Positions 51,909 through 63,732 of a stretch of 64,000 bases of DNA are shown one piece after another. The notes under the pieces are model-generated. The model was not told where the DNA came from, ran no database searches, and saw nothing but the letters and a program-made list of their open reading frames with translations. Numbering within the stretch: position 1 is the stretch's first letter; the number at the start of each line of letters is the position of its first letter. Made by a program: the position numbers and the translations under genes. This DNA is from Marsupella aquatica (taxonomy: Eukaryota; Plantae; Marchantiophyta): assembly GCA_973895155.1 (NCBI GenBank), contig OZ316898.1, positions 10,010,286 through 10,074,285 on the forward strand. The letters run 5' to 3'.

Positions 51909-54424
51909 ATTGATATTTATCTGTTCTCATATGCCAAAACTCTATACAAAATTGTGAACTATACTAGTCAGTGCTTAGGAGTGTTACTGACGAATATGCA
52001 CACAATATCTGTAGTGAATGTTCTTGTAATGGATGAATTTAGACCACAGACAGCTCATATTCTAGTTAACCTTCAACAAATTTATATCATAGAATGGGGT
52101 TGATTGATAGATTCCATAAAGATTTTGTTCATGCACAAGAGAAGATACCCTTACAAGCCCAAAATTCTAGGTGCTAATTTTGAGGAGGGTGATAACAATT
52201 CTATTAGCTGAAATGTGAGTTGAGCTTTCCTTCAGTACACCATTCTTCTCATCCAAATCATAAATCAAACAAGTTAGAAAAACATAACTATTGCAACTTG
52301 GGACATGTTGACAGCTCCTAATGAACTTCCACTAATATATCTTTCCATGAACATAATTAAATTTATACTTTCCTGAAAACATGGATATCCAGTTTAAACT
52401 GTACAAAATTTCAGCAGGCTTCACATCTCCAAATTCTCAACATTGTGTGGTGGACATGCATTCCTTAAGTGTCTAGCTCAAACCTCTCTACCTAGTAAGA
52501 TTTTTAGGAGTATGGTAGACTATTTTGTTCATATCTTTGTTCTCTAAATTGACTAAGTCATCCTGGATTGCATCTTACTCTCCTCTTCCAACTTAGTGCA
52601 GACAGACTAAAAGTTAGCTTCTATAGTGAATATATAGAAGAAATCAAGAGTGCACAACATATAGTCTGGGTCTTCCTTGGATCTCATTAACTTTGCCTTC
52701 CTTAATTTTTGCATGTTTGCGCCACCATTCTATAGAAAGATAATGTTGCCTGCAATAGTAGAATAAAGGACCAGGCTTTCACATTCTTACTGGTACATTC
52801 TTAATGGGTTCTTCTTTGGCAAAAAATTAGTTCAATTGAGCTCAAAATTATGAATGAACACATGTAGATTCACTTAAGAAACTTTTCAGTTTGTTGTTCA
52901 ATCCAATCTAAGATTCATCTCAAAGGTACGAGCTAGATCCCCGGCTAGACCGAGACAGGTCAAACATTCTAATCACACCTATGTTGCCTCACACTACTTT
53001 TGCTATACAGGTGCACAACGAGGTTATTTCTTGACTTCACTGATGACACATCTGAGAAACTAATACTAGAGCATAAAATTGACTGTCCAACAAGATACGC
53101 AGTGCCTCAAAAGACTTTACAACTGAAGAAACCCTGAAAGGAATACTGAAATGAAAGTGGGTCTTTAATGGGGACTTTGACCTAAACAGGCTAGATGTGA
53201 GGGAATTCTGGAAACAGTGGAATCTACTTTCAATGAATTGGCTGTGGGTGCAGATGTTGTTGCCATACTCATGTTTTGGTACTTACCATGACCCCAACAT
53301 GCCATCTGTAGATTTACACAACTTTGGTAAATCTTTCATCCATGTTGTGCCTGGGATAACTGAAACAAGTCCTAATCAAATCCTAATCAAACAAAATGAA
53401 GAGATAGCAAACTGTTTTTGACAGCCTCTATGCCTAACAGTAAGTTTCTGAAGTCAAAATGTCTGAGCCTAACCACAAGTTTCTGAGGTCAAGCTCATCT
53501 TCCTCCATGATGTAAACAAGCCCCAACCTCACAAAGGCAATCAAGATGGGAAAAGTTCAATATACGGATGAGCTTGCGCACAGATTGTACAAACATGTGC
53601 TTTGGACACAACCGAACTATGGTTATTCTCCAGATGTGTTTTGGGAGCTATTTGACAGGATGCCAAATGCTGTGATGGAGGACATTGATCCAAACTCTCG
53701 AGCTAATATTTTACCACATGAGTATATGGAGCTAGAAGGTGTTGACCCGCAAGGCTTTGCTGAGCATAATGTTTTCCCACTGAGCTCCTTCCAATATGAA
53801 GAAGTCTCGCTTCTGGTTTTCCATTGCCACAAAGACAAGAGTTCATTGTGTAACCTGTGTTTGAACAGATGAACACGACTTCAATGAAGCTATGGTGATT
53901 AGCTGAATTTTTTCTTAGAGAGCATCTGTGGAGGGGTACCAAAGGAGGATAGGCAGCATAGCTAGCAGGCAGTAAATTCAAACAGAATAAACCTAGTTGG
54001 AACACTTTGGGAATGGTTAAAGTCTGTAACTCAATGTTCATTAATTAATGATAGTTACCTTACTCTAATCATCCCTAAAGGTGGGTAGGAGTGCACCCTT
54101 ATGTTACTTTTAAAAACTCACCTTGGAAATCAACTCAGGAAGTTTTATGAGACTTCAATAATTGAAATTGCTGAGCATACCAAGCAACATGGTAGACTGA
54201 CTTAGGTTGTAGAGTGCATTCCATGTAATTCATATATGACAAAGTACGCTAAAACCACGGGCGAGCTGGCTAGGGAGTGTCAGGGCCGCATGTTGTGTTT
54301 GTATATCTTTTGCCAAAATGATATGAAAATGGGTAAATGGGTGGCATTTGCTAAAAGTCTCACAACTAGTCTTTCTTTCCCCAAAAAGGCAATTTACTGA
54401 AAATGATGCTTGGATGGACTTAGG

Positions 54425-55080
54425 GGTATAGTTGTGCATGATGTTGTGAGAGACACTCTTGCCTAGCTCCTCTTCAAGACTTTGATTTAACGGAGATGAG
54501 TAGTGGTGCTTGTTTTGCCTGGTTGTCCGTTGCAAATTAAGATTATGCGTTGAGCTTGCACCGCACACATTACAAATGACAGACGTACCTTGGCTGGTGT
54601 TTTTGTAGTCAACTCTTTGTGTCACAATATCATCATGATAGGTAGGCCAACAACAGCCAAAAGAGAATAAATATGTAGGATGAGCCTCATCTAATAGCCT
54701 CCTTCCCCTTGCAATTGAGATATTTGGAGACCCTATCAATACTTTGATGAGCTCCATGGAGAGATAGCTTGAGGCTTTTGTGCACACTCTGGTTCCATAG
54801 GACAGCCACTATCCATTTTGACAATGCACTTCTGGAAATGGATTTTGGTGACACTCCAACATGCTCAAGCCTGAGTGATCCATTGTAGTGCTCTAGCAGT
54901 GGGTATCAGTGTGTCTTAGTAGAGTCTTGCCCCCAATAAAGGACATCCATGTCCCACTTGCAGACTTAGTTATGACAAGACATGTGAACCATTTGATCAT
55001 CACACTATTGCTGTGATAGATCTTATTTCTTGGTTTTCCTCTTTCTAGGTTATAGGGTTTCCATTGCCCTCTTGTTTTGA
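54425..55080 (+). mobile_element. Heavily decayed 3' fragment of the same CRE-like retrotransposon family
   Basis: Translation with stops and shifts gives IVVHDVVRD...RTLAGVFVVN...LLPLAIEIFG...PLSILTMHF...ILVTLQHAQA*VI...VPLADLVMT. This parallels the end of the 32.5-34.4 kb element (IIVHDAVRD...RTLADVVVAN...LALELFG...PLSVLTTHF...ISVTLQRAQARAI...IPLADLVLT). Confidence 0.8.
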
Positions 55081-55130
55081 GTTTCATGTTTGTCCTCTCC
55101 ATATCTCTTTTGCTTTTACTCCAACTAGCC

Positions 55131-55398
55131 CCATGACCTGTTCCTTGAAGGTAAACAAATTATGAAGAAAAATCTTGCACAATAAAATTTGTATGCTATT
55201 TTGGATTGCCCCATCCCCTTGTTTTTTGTCCATCTTTATTTAGAGTCAATTTCACTTTTGTCAATCCTCATTAAAAATGTTAACTTTATTGAACCTTATT
55301 ATAAGTTTTGTCTGTATTAGGAGTTACCAATCTAGAGGCTTCACTCTAGACCTAGGCCCTTAAGAGTAGACTTCAGTTAGTGCCTTTATAGTAAGATG
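55131..55398 (+). repeat. Short dispersed repeat family, copy 3
   Basis: Aligns by eye with 271-480. Confidence 0.7.
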
Positions 55399-55889
55399 TG
55401 ATTTGTCTGGTCCCTGTTGGTCAACTGTACTTTTCTTAACAAACTTATTAAACCCAAAACACACACAGGGACAACACATAGAGAGTATCATTTCCCCTTG
55501 AAACCGGAAGACAATTCACTAGACTATTATCTTTGGAGCATCCAACACTCTAAGGTAGCTAAGGATATCGAGGGATCCAGCAAGGGCCCAGAGAGTGAGC
55601 AATAAACAAGGGTCTCAAAGTGGGCAACCAGGGGTTGAGGAGAACCATCCTCCCCCAACACACAACCCTACCCACACACACATATATACCCTCCACAGCC
55701 CTATGGGCCTATTTCATGTGCCCCCACCTTGTCTTGCTTTAAGGCTTTTAGTAGTGGGGCTGGCCAGCCATTCTTACTCTAAATTTTTGAGGGCTTGTAT
55801 CAAATGAAGAACAACTGAGATTATTTCCATGTTGTTTGGAGGTTTGAGGGCAAAGCATTTTGAGGCTGATGAAACCCAGTGTGTATGAA

Positions 55890-56277
55890 GGGGAGTTGCA
55901 GCCCTTGCCCTTGAAACTCCTGAAGTTCTGCCGTGAGGACTGGCTGCAGAGAGGGGTGAGGCAAGAAAGTCTATTACAGTAAAAATCTGGCGCAAGGTCC
56001 ATTTCGAGGGCCTATTTTTTGGAGACCACCACCTGCAAGACGGCCCTGAGGACTTGAGATGCGAGCTACTGTAGCTCTAAACGCCTCTGTGTAGAGAGGG
56101 GAGTAAAAATCTGGCGCGAGGTCACTTCGAGGGCCTATTATTTGAAGACCACCTCATGCAAGACGGCCCTGAGTACTTCAGATGCGAGCTGGCTCGAAAC
56201 GCCTATGTGTACAGGCGGGATTGAACCCGGGACCTCTCGGTTGCATGCTCATCCTCTGGCCAACTAACCGAAGCGAG
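55890..56277 (-). mobile_element. Probable tRNA-derived SINE (Pol III head plus repeated body)
   Basis: The minus strand at about 56275-56212 reads GCTTCGGTTAGTTGGCCAGAGG...CGAGAGGTCCCGGGTTCAATCCC (A-box-like sequence plus B box). The body has an internal duplication of about 90 bp and recurs at about 13060-13230. Confidence 0.55.
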
Positions 56278-56885
56278 TTTTAATCGCGAGATCCGGTGGT
56301 TCCTAGCCAATTGATCCAACTGCCAATCCAAACCACTCAAGTTTGCCCTAACCATCTCTGCGGAATGTCCTTGGCATCGAGTCGCTGGCAATCTCGACCC
56401 ACAAGTTGCGTTCGTCCGCTCGCTGCGTTCATTTGCTTTCTCGACCCACAAGTTGCGTTCGTCCGCTCGCTGCGTTCATTTGCTTTTTGCTCCGAAACAG
56501 ATTCATGGTAGAGGATATGAACTTCGTCCATGATCACAATTTGGTAAACTTCCAGAGCAGGATTGAGTTCCTGGATGGTGTGTCCATGCTAAATTGCGAA
56601 AGGAGTCTCGAGTTTTGATCGATTGCTGATGTGAAGTTTGGAAAGGGGATTGAGTTCCTGATCGATTTTCGCTAAACGCAATCTGTGGCGTGGGAGTCAA
56701 ACGGCGAAAGGAGGATCGAGTTTGATGGATTGCTTATGTGAGGTTTGGAGAGAGGACTGACTTCCTGATCGATTTTCGCGAAGCGCAATCTGCGGCGTGG
56801 GAGTAAAGATTGAAACGATGTGAGAGGAACTATCGGAAGACAGGCGGGCGAAACCGGAAAAAGAGCAGAAAGCAAAGGTAGATAT

Positions 56886-57359
56886 ATGGTGGTGAAGACA
56901 GAAGAAGGTGAGAGCAACATGAAGAAGCGGGAGGAGGAGAGCGGACGGAACAGCAGCAGCAGCGCCGAGAAGCAATGGCAATCGGCACAGCTCTTCACGG
57001 CGAAGGGGCCGTCGGCAACGCTCGAATACCTGGAAGAAGAGGTCCGAGCTCGGCTCTTCGCGTACAAGTCGCAAGGGCTGGACGGGCCGTGCCCTCCAGG
57101 GCAGGAACGAACCCTGGTGTCCGATCCCGCGCTGAGAAGGAGGCTGGAGGCATGGAAAGGGTTGGGAGGCATGTCCAAGGAGGAGGCAAAGAAGATGTTT
57201 GTGAATCTGCTCACATCTGTGGTACCTGATTGGGAGGCATGGGATGACGTCCATGGCCAAGCCTTGAGGACGGCTCAGCAGGGCGAGGGAGGAGAGGCCG
57301 AAAGACTTCTCAAGGCTTTCCGGGACCGCACTGGCCTTCAACTGCGATCGAGATTGTAG
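56886..57359 (+). CDS. Divergent acyl-CoA-binding (ACB) domain protein with C-terminal PTS1 (SRL), 157 aa
   Basis: Single exon. LFAYKSQGLDGPCP...D...RRRLEAWKGLGGMSKEEAKKMFVNLLTSVVPDW follows the ACBP helix pattern; ends GLQLRSRL*. Confidence 0.75.
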   Translation: MVVKTEEGESNMKKREEESGRNSSSSAEKQWQSAQLFTAKGPSATLEYLEEEVRARLFAYKSQGLDGPCPPGQERTLVSDPALRRRLEAWKGLGGMSKEEAKKMFVNLLTSVVPDWEAWDDVHGQALRTAQQGEGGEAERLLKAFRDRTGLQLRSRL

Positions 57360-60255
57360 CCTCTGCCCATTCTCATTCTACAGGAGTGTTCCTGTCATGG
57401 AAATTGAGGTCTGGAACTGTTCTTCACTGTTGGCATGATGGAAACCTGCCCACGAAATATGAGCTGAAGGTTTTCTGAAGGTTGAGCTGACGGAAGTCAA
57501 GGCCAGTGTTTAGACAAAAGAGGGAAAGACCTGTCCTTCTAGTAATTTGTTTAGTCTCAATCTTGTGGATTAGTATCAGATTCAAATCTCTGCTCAATTT
57601 ATCATGTGTGACCGAGTTTTGGAGGAGGCTGACACGCTTCCTTCAGGGTGAAGGGCCAAAATGGCAAATCTAGGTCCATCATATGTAGAAGAGCGGAAAA
57701 TCCTGTACTTCTAGACCTATCTATAGTCTTATAAATTGAGGATAGGCATCGGATTCACACTTCTGCTGGATCTTTCATGGCTGACCAACTTTAGGACGAC
57801 ATTGAGAGCCTCTCATGAAGGCTTTGTGGAACAGGACGGACGGGCAAGTGTCCATTCGGACTGCAACAGATCATGTGCTCGTAAATGTATCGAGGGATCG
57901 CTGTTGATGAATTCTCGAGCGACGGTGATGTGCGGATGGAATTCGTGTCTGACCCGACAAGGGAAGCAGAGCCTCCTCAGCGAAGCTGTATAACGCGAGT
58001 GAAAGAGCTGGAGGAAAATTGTACTTAACTGGAGTTCGACCTTGATGTTGTGACAAATGATCTTCCCACTAATCTTTTGAGATTATCCAGCAGGGTACTT
58101 TACTTATCCAAAATCCTTACGGTATGACTGCTTTCCTTGCTTGGTTCACGTAATGCGAGATGCTGTGCTCTGCTTCAAGTCGAGGAGAAGATACGTCCTA
58201 AGTCCGAAGACCGTCACATAGATTGTCAGCAAATTGCAAGCAATGACTTTGTGTAGAGTTGAGTAGCTCTCTACACTGTAAAGCAGTTTGATTGGTCAGC
58301 GCTTAACTTGCATCTGTCATTCCTATCAGGTTTTTGAGCACCGTGATATTGGAGGAGTATTCGGAGTGTTCGACATTGAAAATCCCTCAAGGTCTGTCAT
58401 GGTCACATGATCCTTTCTTGAGTTATACAGCCGAATCCTGACAAGGTGACAGGGTGCCATTAGTGGTTGGAGAAGGGTGGGCTCATGCAAAGTCTTTCCA
58501 ACTGTCAATGGCAACCCGTCACATTTTCAGGGAAAGGCTGCCAGCTTTGGCAAGGTTGATATGACTATGACACGCCTTGGGTACGGGACGGTGTTGGAGA
58601 ACTGGCGAAATTGTTGCTAATATGTGTCGTAGTTCGATCGCTCGTCGCATCATTAGGATTTTATTTCTGCCTACCCTTTGTTGCAAGAGAGGAAGTTAGT
58701 GCAGATGTGGTAGTGAGCCTGTGAATTCCGTGATTGAGTCCACATATTCGAGGCGGAACCATGGCATTGGAAGGTATGGAATGATACGAGTCCCAAGACT
58801 GGGAGGGAGCAGCACCATACCTCATTTGAGCTGTGCACCCTGATCTAGCGCTGTAGTGCGACGAGACGCATTACAAGCCTAAAGGCCAAGGGATGATGGG
58901 CACACCACCGGTGATTCGTTGCATTCCAGACCCCCCGGGTGATGGTACCTAGGCATCAAGGTGAGATGTCTCTGCGTACTTTTATGACAAATGGAACTGA
59001 TGCTACTCCCTCCTAGTCTTGGGATCGACCTCATACCATACCTCCTTCTGCCACGGATCCGACTAGCTTATCACACTTGTTCATGTGATGTTTCTATAAA
59101 GGTGTGTTTCTTCTCGCACCAGGCTCACCAATCATGATTGAGACCCATGCCAAAACACCAAGAATTGACTGAAGTGTCATTATTTTTATGAGGTGGAAAT
59201 CTCTTGGTGATACACTGAGCCTTAACCTGTTCTCAAGGAGACACTTGTTCCCTCTTAGTGGGTCCTCCACTCTTTCAGGCTTTCTGACAACAAATTGTTG
59301 AAATTGTAAGGTGCACGTGCAAGTCCTAGTTGCATGCTAGATAAAACTCCGATGTCGAACACATTTCGTAAGGGTGAATTGAGGGTGACAGCTGGGTACT
59401 TGTAACCCTTTCGTACAAACTTTACCCTACTCGAATAAGAGAGACTGAGCGAAATGTGCCTGCACGGTATGTTCGAAATTCGTTTGAGAAACAACGAATG
59501 GATGTTCTGTACATGCGGGCGATTGAGGCACAAATTGGAAGTGCTTGAATTCCGACAGAGTGCATGCGCGCAGCAATCGCAGTATAGCAACAGTTAGGTT
59601 CTTTCACGAAAACTACCGTAGCTAACCATTGGGGTTGGCTCTAACCCTGCATGTAAAGAGTTGCAAGATTGCATGGTGATCAACCAATTGAGATACGCCT
59701 ATGAAATAGATCAGAGGAATCTTCTACAGATCGCAGTCCACAGAAGGTGAGTGGGTAAAATTGCGACTGCCCAGAGCAAATGAGCCAGGGCCAAGAAGCC
59801 TGCCACATGGTTTACATAGGGAATGATGGAGGAATCATCTTTTGTATCTCCATGAGCCTCAAAAGAAAATAAAGAGTCACAGTTAAAGGCCGCCAACAAT
59901 GCAACCGGCATTGGACATTTACAACTTATTATTCGGAACGTCGTGGTTGTTGCCTGATGAATTGTGAAAGAAAATTTGAGTTCCTGCCACAATATTCTCA
60001 TGTAGAAGTCGATGAACCTCCCGGTACCCTTATCAGAGAGAACGCATGGGAAAATTGACAGATTGAACACTGTAAACGACCGTAACGTTGAAAAGATTTA
60101 CAGTAGGCATCTAGAGCCAAGCTCTGTGAGAAATGCGGACCAAAACTATCTAAGACCTTTAGCTAGGCTCGATGAGTTCTTCATCCGCTTCAATGAAAGA
60201 GCACAAGAGGACTTACTCGGTAAGGACTTACTCGGTAAGTCTACTTAGTCCACGG

Positions 60256-60540
60256 CGCTTTTCTTGGATTCCGAATCTGCTTCCGGAATTTAGGGTCATG
60301 CCCTGTTGTGCGTCTGTCCCTTGCCGTTGTTTGAGTAAAACCATGGAGTCTACTCATTGGTCTACTAAGCTTTTCTTGGATTCTGGAATTTATGGTCATG
60401 CCCTGTTGTGCATCTGTCCCTTGCAGTTGTTGAGTAAAAACATGGAGTAAACTCATTGGTCTACTGCGCTTTTCTTGGATTCAGAACCTGCTTCCGTAAC
60501 TTATGGTCATGGCCCTGTTGTGCATCTGTCCCTTGCAGTG
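60256..60540. repeat. Tandem repeat, about 2.5-3 copies of a 100-115-bp unit
   Basis: gcttttcttggattc...ggtcatgccctgttgtgc.tctgtcccttgc occurs three times. Confidence 0.8.
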
Positions 60541-61896
60541 GTTCCCTCGCAGTGGTTTGAGAATGAAGGTTGGGGTCTACAGTGCTAGGACCGTCCTCCA
60601 CCGCCAGTCGATAGTTTCAGTATTCTTTTTGAGTTTTATCCAGAGTAAGGACAAGAAGTCAAGAAGGGACCTTCCGTGAAACTCACGGATGAATTTACTG
60701 TTTTTATTCTCAGTTTTCCTTTGGAACAAGTCAATGAGACTTCGCTGTTGACCAGTAGGAGGAGGAGGAATTTGAGACAGAAGGATCGTGTTCTGCCTGT
60801 CGCAAGGACTCCCCGTGGAGTACTTACGAGCAAGTAACTGCGAGGTTTGGTTACTCTTGTGATTTTGTTTGCTCCCGTTTCACTCAGCTTTGGAAGTTGG
60901 AATTCTGACGAGGATCTCGGACTGCCCTCAATCTTTGTCTCTGACTTGCGGCAAGCGAGAGAAGAAGTGTCTTTGAGGGGGCAGGCCAGTCTCGTGCCTT
61001 CATCTTTCGATTCATTTCGTGCTTGAACCTCTACCATTCTGGTTTGAAGCGCTTGTGGCGGGCGGAGCTAGCGTTCGCTCAACTTCGTCGGTCAAGTCTG
61101 AGGTCAGAGCAATCAACCTGAGTCTTTGGACGGCCCACCGTCTTCCATCGTTTCTTTTTCGTTCGAAATCACAATCCGACGATCAATTTGTCTACTTTTC
61201 CATTGATAGATAACCGATTGTCATAGAAGAAAGTGTTTCTGTGCTCTGGGGGACGCGTGAGAGAACGCACCTTTCGTTTGCTTGGCGGACACGCTCCAAC
61301 TGTTCAAGGTGGAAGCGAAACAATGGAGAAGGGATCGATGTAAGTCGCCTGCAATCGACGAGCAGGTGACTGAAGAGATTTCGATGAGGAACTAGACGGC
61401 ATTCCCTTCAAATATGTTTACACTTATGTTTACTGCCATATATTTGCTCAATCGCGAAGCACTTCTCGAATGGCCTTACCCCAGGCTGTTTTCTACAGTA
61501 GCCGAACTCGCCAAGCTAAGTTAGGGTGCACGGTAGTCGACTCTACATCTTGACTATTGATTCTTAAACATCCGGCCCGAGCATTAAATGTGAAAAAAAG
61601 TCGGTCGAATCAGTTCCGACCTTGTTTGTGAAGTGTACGTAAAGTGTTCCAGTATTGAAAATGGAACGATGAAGATTACGTTAGCATTCTTGAAGCTCGA
61701 CCATAGTTGCGCGATTCACTGGTCCGTCATACTCTAGAACGGATGACGGTAGTTTGGAGAATTTGAGACCAGCATAGACCGATTTCAAAGTGTTCATTTC
61801 GACGGGAGCCACGGCTGATGATCTGATTGTGGATTGTGCAGGAGATCCGACCACTGATGAGACGGGAGGAAGACTAGGGAGTACGGCTGGGAACAA

Positions 61897-63732
61897 ATGG
61901 CGTCCGGGCGAGCTGTATTCCTGGACAAAGTACAAAATTATATACGTAATTGCCAAATTTATGAGGATCGCTCAGCCCAGGCTGCAGCTCTGAAGACTGT
62001 AAATGTTTCTGAACTTGAGGAGAAGGCCCTTGTTGCTTTCGCAAAGGAGGGAATATTTGAGGTCTCTGAGGACGAGTTGGAACGCGGCAAGCTACTTCAG
62101 CTCTGTTTGTGGTTTAAAAGTTCTTTCACTTGGGTTAATCAGCCACCTTGTGAGAAATGTGGAGGTGATTCATTAGGCATCGGAAGTGGTATTCCAAACT
62201 ATGAGGAACGCAAGTGGCTAGGAGACAGAGTGGAGCTTTACAGATGCAAGAGGTGCTTCAGTGAAGTTCGTTTTCCACGGTATAATGATCCGAGGAAGCT
62301 TTTGGAAACCAGAAGAGGGCGATGCGGGGAGTGGGCCAATTGTTTCACATTATACTGTAGAGCACTCGGTTATCGAGCTAGATTGATCCTGGATTTTACA
62401 GATCACGTGTGGACAGAGTGCTATTTGCCTATAGTTGGACGGTGGGTGCACACTGATCCATGTGAAGGAGTGTTGGACAAGCCACTGCTGTATGAGCAGG
62501 GATGGAAGAAGAAGCTCAGCTATATCATTGGCTACAGTCACAACGGTGTAAGAGACGTAACCAAGCGCTATACAAGAAAATGGCCTGAGATCTTGACAAG
62601 GAGAAACATTTTGTCAGAGGAAGACGCAGAAGAGGTTCTTATGATGCTAAATCTGCAAATGAGGGGTGAGATATCATCCGAAAAATGGGATGAACTTGCA
62701 ACGCTTGATGCACAAGAGGACGCTGAGATCACTACATCTTACCAGTCAGGAGCTCCGGTTCCCACTGAAAAGCCAATGTCAGGGCGGCAAAGTGGTTCAG
62801 AAGAATGGCGGGTTGCACGAGGTGAAATTGGAAATTCTGTTAACTCGCAGAACTCCAGTTCAGCCAACAGTGAGTGTCCAGTACGGTCGTGTGTGGATGA
62901 GCATGTGACAAATATCAGGGAAGCGGTAGGCAGCCTCTGCTCGGATGTTACAGGGTCAGACTATTCGGTCGAGAAACTAGTTCTCACTTTGAAAGGATTG
63001 CATTCTTTTCTGATGAAGTTGAAATCCGAGCCATTCAGAACGAGAAAAGTCAAACTGGACCAACAGACCGAAGGGGCATGGTTACATCAGGGGAGTGATC
63101 AAACTATCAGTCTCTTACTTCAAGGACTATCACTTCTGGCGTCTCCACAGGAAGATGGTGAAATCTGGGTGCTAGTGGATGGAGATCCAGTGCGGACAGC
63201 ACTTGCTTTGCCTGTAGCTTTGGAGCTTTTGGAGAGGCTTGTGAAGGATGTACCAAGTGAAGTCACAGTGAAATGGCTCGAGCAAGGTTCCAGAGTTTGT
63301 AAGGGTGTTGCATGTGCAAGTCGTGAGGATGCACCTTTGGGTGTTTCGTTATCAGCCTTTGATGGTCTTCACTCCACCAAATGGGAGGAGCCTAACGGAA
63401 GCAAAGGTGCGTGGATCGTGTACCACTTGTCAGATGGTAACCGTAAAAAACTCACTGCATATGAGCTCACATCAGCAAATGACAGTCCTTCAAGGGATCC
63501 CAGTGACTGGGTGTTGGAGGGCAGTGATGACAATGGCAGATCATGGAGAATTCTGGACTCACAAAAAAGGCAGTTATTTGAGGGACGGTTTCTCAGCAAA
63601 ACATATGAGATCAGCAAAGAGAAACACTTTCCATGTGATTCCTTTAGATTAAGATTCTTGGCCACACGAAACCCGGCAATCGATGACCGACTGCAACTAG
63701 GTTGCATCGACCTGATTGCTTCCAAAGTCTGA
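61897..63732 (+). CDS. PNG1: Peptide:N-glycanase (PNGase), intronless coding region, 611 aa
   Basis: WFKSSFTWVNQPPC..C, RVELYRC..C, RFPRYNDPRKLLETRRGRCGEWANCF (catalytic Cys), DFTDHVWTE (His), WVHTDPCEG (Asp), DKPLLYEQGWKKKLSY, and a C-terminal sugar-binding-like domain (YELTSAND.P.RDP.DW.LEGS.D.G..W). Confidence 0.95.
   Translation: MASGRAVFLDKVQNYIRNCQIYEDRSAQAAALKTVNVSELEEKALVAFAKEGIFEVSEDELERGKLLQLCLWFKSSFTWVNQPPCEKCGGDSLGIGSGIPNYEERKWLGDRVELYRCKRCFSEVRFPRYNDPRKLLETRRGRCGEWANCFTLYCRALGYRARLILDFTDHVWTECYLPIVGRWVHTDPCEGVLDKPLLYEQGWKKKLSYIIGYSHNGVRDVTKRYTRKWPEILTRRNILSEEDAEEVLMMLNLQMRGEISSEKWDELATLDAQEDAEITTSYQSGAPVPTEKPMSGRQSGSEEWRVARGEIGNSVNSQNSSSANSECPVRSCVDEHVTNIREAVGSLCSDVTGSDYSVEKLVLTLKGLHSFLMKLKSEPFRTRKVKLDQQTEGAWLHQGSDQTISLLLQGLSLLASPQEDGEIWVLVDGDPVRTALALPVALELLERLVKDVPSEVTVKWLEQGSRVCKGVACASREDAPLGVSLSAFDGLHSTKWEEPNGSKGAWIVYHLSDGNRKKLTAYELTSANDSPSRDPSDWVLEGSDDNGRSWRILDSQKRQLFEGRFLSKTYEISKEKHFPCDSFRLRFLATRNPAIDDRLQLGCIDLIASKV

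Noticed and set aside
52768-52785. Partial miR166-like string ggaccaggctt
   Set aside because: Only about 11 nt match and there is no hairpin partner.
54230-54787. 185-aa minus-strand ORF
   Set aside because: It lies antisense to the decayed retrotransposon relic and has no protein-like motifs.
56212-56275. Functional tRNA gene
   Set aside because: The T-arm and B box are good, but there is no convincing acceptor or anticodon stem. Treated as a SINE head.
56672-57341. 180-aa and 214-aa minus-strand ORFs
   Set aside because: Shadow frames of the GC-rich ACBP-like gene and its duplicated leader.
60636-61037. 133-aa minus-strand ORF divergent from PNG1
   Set aside because: No recognisable domain or linked exons. 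It cannot be supported without transcript data.
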